The position numbers were made by a program, and so were the translations under genes. From Spartobacteria bacterium (GTDB taxonomy: Bacteria; Verrucomicrobiota; Verrucomicrobiia; Chthoniobacterales; DASVRZ01), in assembly GCA_043758065.1 (NCBI GenBank), contig JAYVOE010000025.1, positions 6,158 through 70,157 of the forward strand: a DNA stretch of 64,000 nt. Reading direction: 5' to 3'. Each line of letters begins with the position of its first letter. Position 1 is the first letter of the stretch. The notes under the pieces are model-generated. The model made no database searches. It saw only the letters and a program-made list of their open reading frames with translations, and had not been told where the DNA came from. Below are positions 62,571 to 64,000 of this stretch, one piece after another.

Positions 62571-64000
62571 ATGACACCCATCCAAGCCATTTCGAGAAAC
62601 GTCGTAGCTGCATTTCTCTTCTTTTTCACCGCGCTGCCGCTCGTTTCGCAAACGGCGAACAATGCTCCGGTGGTCCAATCGATCGAGGTGCAATTCGCGG
62701 GTCCAGCCCCGATCAGTAAGGAGCGCATCCTGGCCAACATCCGCACCACGGTGGGTAAGCCTTACTCCGAGCCCGTCGTCGAGGAGGACATTAAGAGCCT
62801 GTATCGCACGGGCGCCTTGTCGAACGTTCGTATGTTTGGCGAACCTTCTGGCAGCAGCATTAAAGTTTTCATCGTAGTTCAAGGGAAATCAACGGTCAGC
62901 GAAGTCGTCATTGATGGCGGCGAAATCATCAAGCCGGCCCGTATTCGCAAGGAAATTACCGCCAAGCCCGGCGCGATTTTGAACGAGGACACTCTCGAAG
63001 CCGATCGCCAGAAGATCATCGAGCTCTACCAAAAGCGCGGCTACACCGATATCGGCATTCAATATAAGTCGGAGGTCGACAAGAACGGCAAAGCCCGCGT
63101 GACGTTTGTCATTTCCGAAGGGGCAAAAACGGAAGTGGACGGCATCAATTTCATTGGAAACACGGCGTTCAAGAAAAAGGCCATCATCAAAGTGATGAAG
63201 ACCCGCCCGAAGAACTTGCTGGCGTTTTTTAACAAATCCGGCCAGCTCAGCGCGACGCAGCTCGACGAGGATTTGCAGAAGATCAAACTGCTTTACCAGA
63301 ATGCTGGTTATGCCGATATGAAGATCATCGACTCGCAGGTCAGCCGCATCAGCGCGAAGAAAGTGGATCTCAATATCTCGATCTTCGAAGGGCCAAAATA
63401 CACGGTCCGCTCAGTCTCGATCGAGGGCAACCAACTGGCGACAGCGGAGCAAATTCGCGGGATTTTGACGATGAAAGAAGGTTCCGTGTTTGGACCTGAT
63501 GCGAGTCAGAAGGATATCAAGGCGATTGAAGATTCCTATGGCCGCCTCGGCTACGCAGACATGAAGGTGGACTCGATCACCACGCCCGCCGGAGCGGGTT
63601 CGCTCAACCTCCAATACAAAATCGAGGAAGGCGTCCAGAGTTACCTGGAGCGCATTAACATTTCCGGCAACACCCGCACGAAGGATAAAGTCCTTCGCCG
63701 CGAACTCGTTCTTGCGCCCGGCGATGTTTATGACACTGTCCGCGTGGACGTGAGCAAAAAGCGCCTCGAAGGGCTCGACTATTTCGAGAAAGTGGAGACT
63801 TACCCGACCGATACGCTGGTTCCCGGGCGCAAGGATTTAAACATCAACGTGGATGAGAAACGCACGGGATCGCTGAATTTTGGTTTCGGTTTCAGTTCTA
63901 TCGACTCGATTCTTGGCTTCGCAGAAGTGACTCAGGGCAACTTCGATTTGATGGGCTATCCAAACTTCACCGGCGCCGGACAGAAATTCCGCCTGAAGCT
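62571..64000 (+). CDS. bamA: outer-membrane protein assembly factor BamA (partial; continues beyond the window)
   Basis: My translation from ATG 62571 is MTPIQAISRNVVAAFLFFFTALPLVSQT..., followed by POTRA-like repeats (V..I.V.GN....E.I, Y...GY). The frame is open to the window end and is not in the ORF track. Confidence 0.85.
   Translation, partial: MTPIQAISRNVVAAFLFFFTALPLVSQTANNAPVVQSIEVQFAGPAPISKERILANIRTTVGKPYSEPVVEEDIKSLYRTGALSNVRMFGEPSGSSIKVFIVVQGKSTVSEVVIDGGEIIKPARIRKEITAKPGAILNEDTLEADRQKIIELYQKRGYTDIGIQYKSEVDKNGKARVTFVISEGAKTEVDGINFIGNTAFKKKAIIKVMKTRPKNLLAFFNKSGQLSATQLDEDLQKIKLLYQNAGYADMKIIDSQVSRISAKKVDLNISIFEGPKYTVRSVSIEGNQLATAEQIRGILTMKEGSVFGPDASQKDIKAIEDSYGRLGYADMKVDSITTPAGAGSLNLQYKIEEGVQSYLERINISGNTRTKDKVLRRELVLAPGDVYDTVRVDVSKKRLEGLDYFEKVETYPTDTLVPGRKDLNINVDEKRTGSLNFGFGFSSIDSILGFAEVTQGNFDLMGYPNFTGAGQKFRLK

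Overview
This is a 64-kb, densely packed chromosomal segment of a Gram-negative bacterium. Exosortase/EpsI, a futalosine-pathway MqnC-like enzyme, BamA, KpsF and Shine-Dalgarno-poor starts suggest a PVC/Verrucomicrobia-like lineage, but that is inference only. I can support about 65 protein genes. Most are housekeeping: trpB (partial), queA, trmL, miaA, glnB, hisD, gltX, aroE, folP, mnmA, ispF, cysS, gpsA, plsY, efp, kpsF, rpsB, tsf, sufE, a rhodanese, an mqnC-like gene and bamA (partial). There is one tRNA-Gly(UCC). Three envelope-polysaccharide loci are present: GT-C plus GH-like/GT2 at 15.3-19.2 kb, O-antigen-ligase/TPR plus polyprenyl-P sugar transferase at 24.1-28.1 kb, and a GT cluster plus rfbD plus exosortase/EpsI at 49.5-56.9 kb. 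The window also holds a BrnT/BrnA toxin-antitoxin pair, an orphan DUF433 gene, and a ~1-kb low-GC islet with two orphan membrane proteins, which lies ~0.85 kb (one gene) from a 21-bp-periodic direct-repeat array. The strongest unexplained signal is a short interspersed motif: core AACTC-S-R-M-T-S-A followed by an A-run or T-run. It recurs many tens of times on both strands, in all reading frames and in most intergenic spacers, and often supplies the stop or start codon of a gene. I know of no described element with this sequence. All coordinates, counts and product calls come from reading the sequence and the ORF track by eye; no database search was possible.
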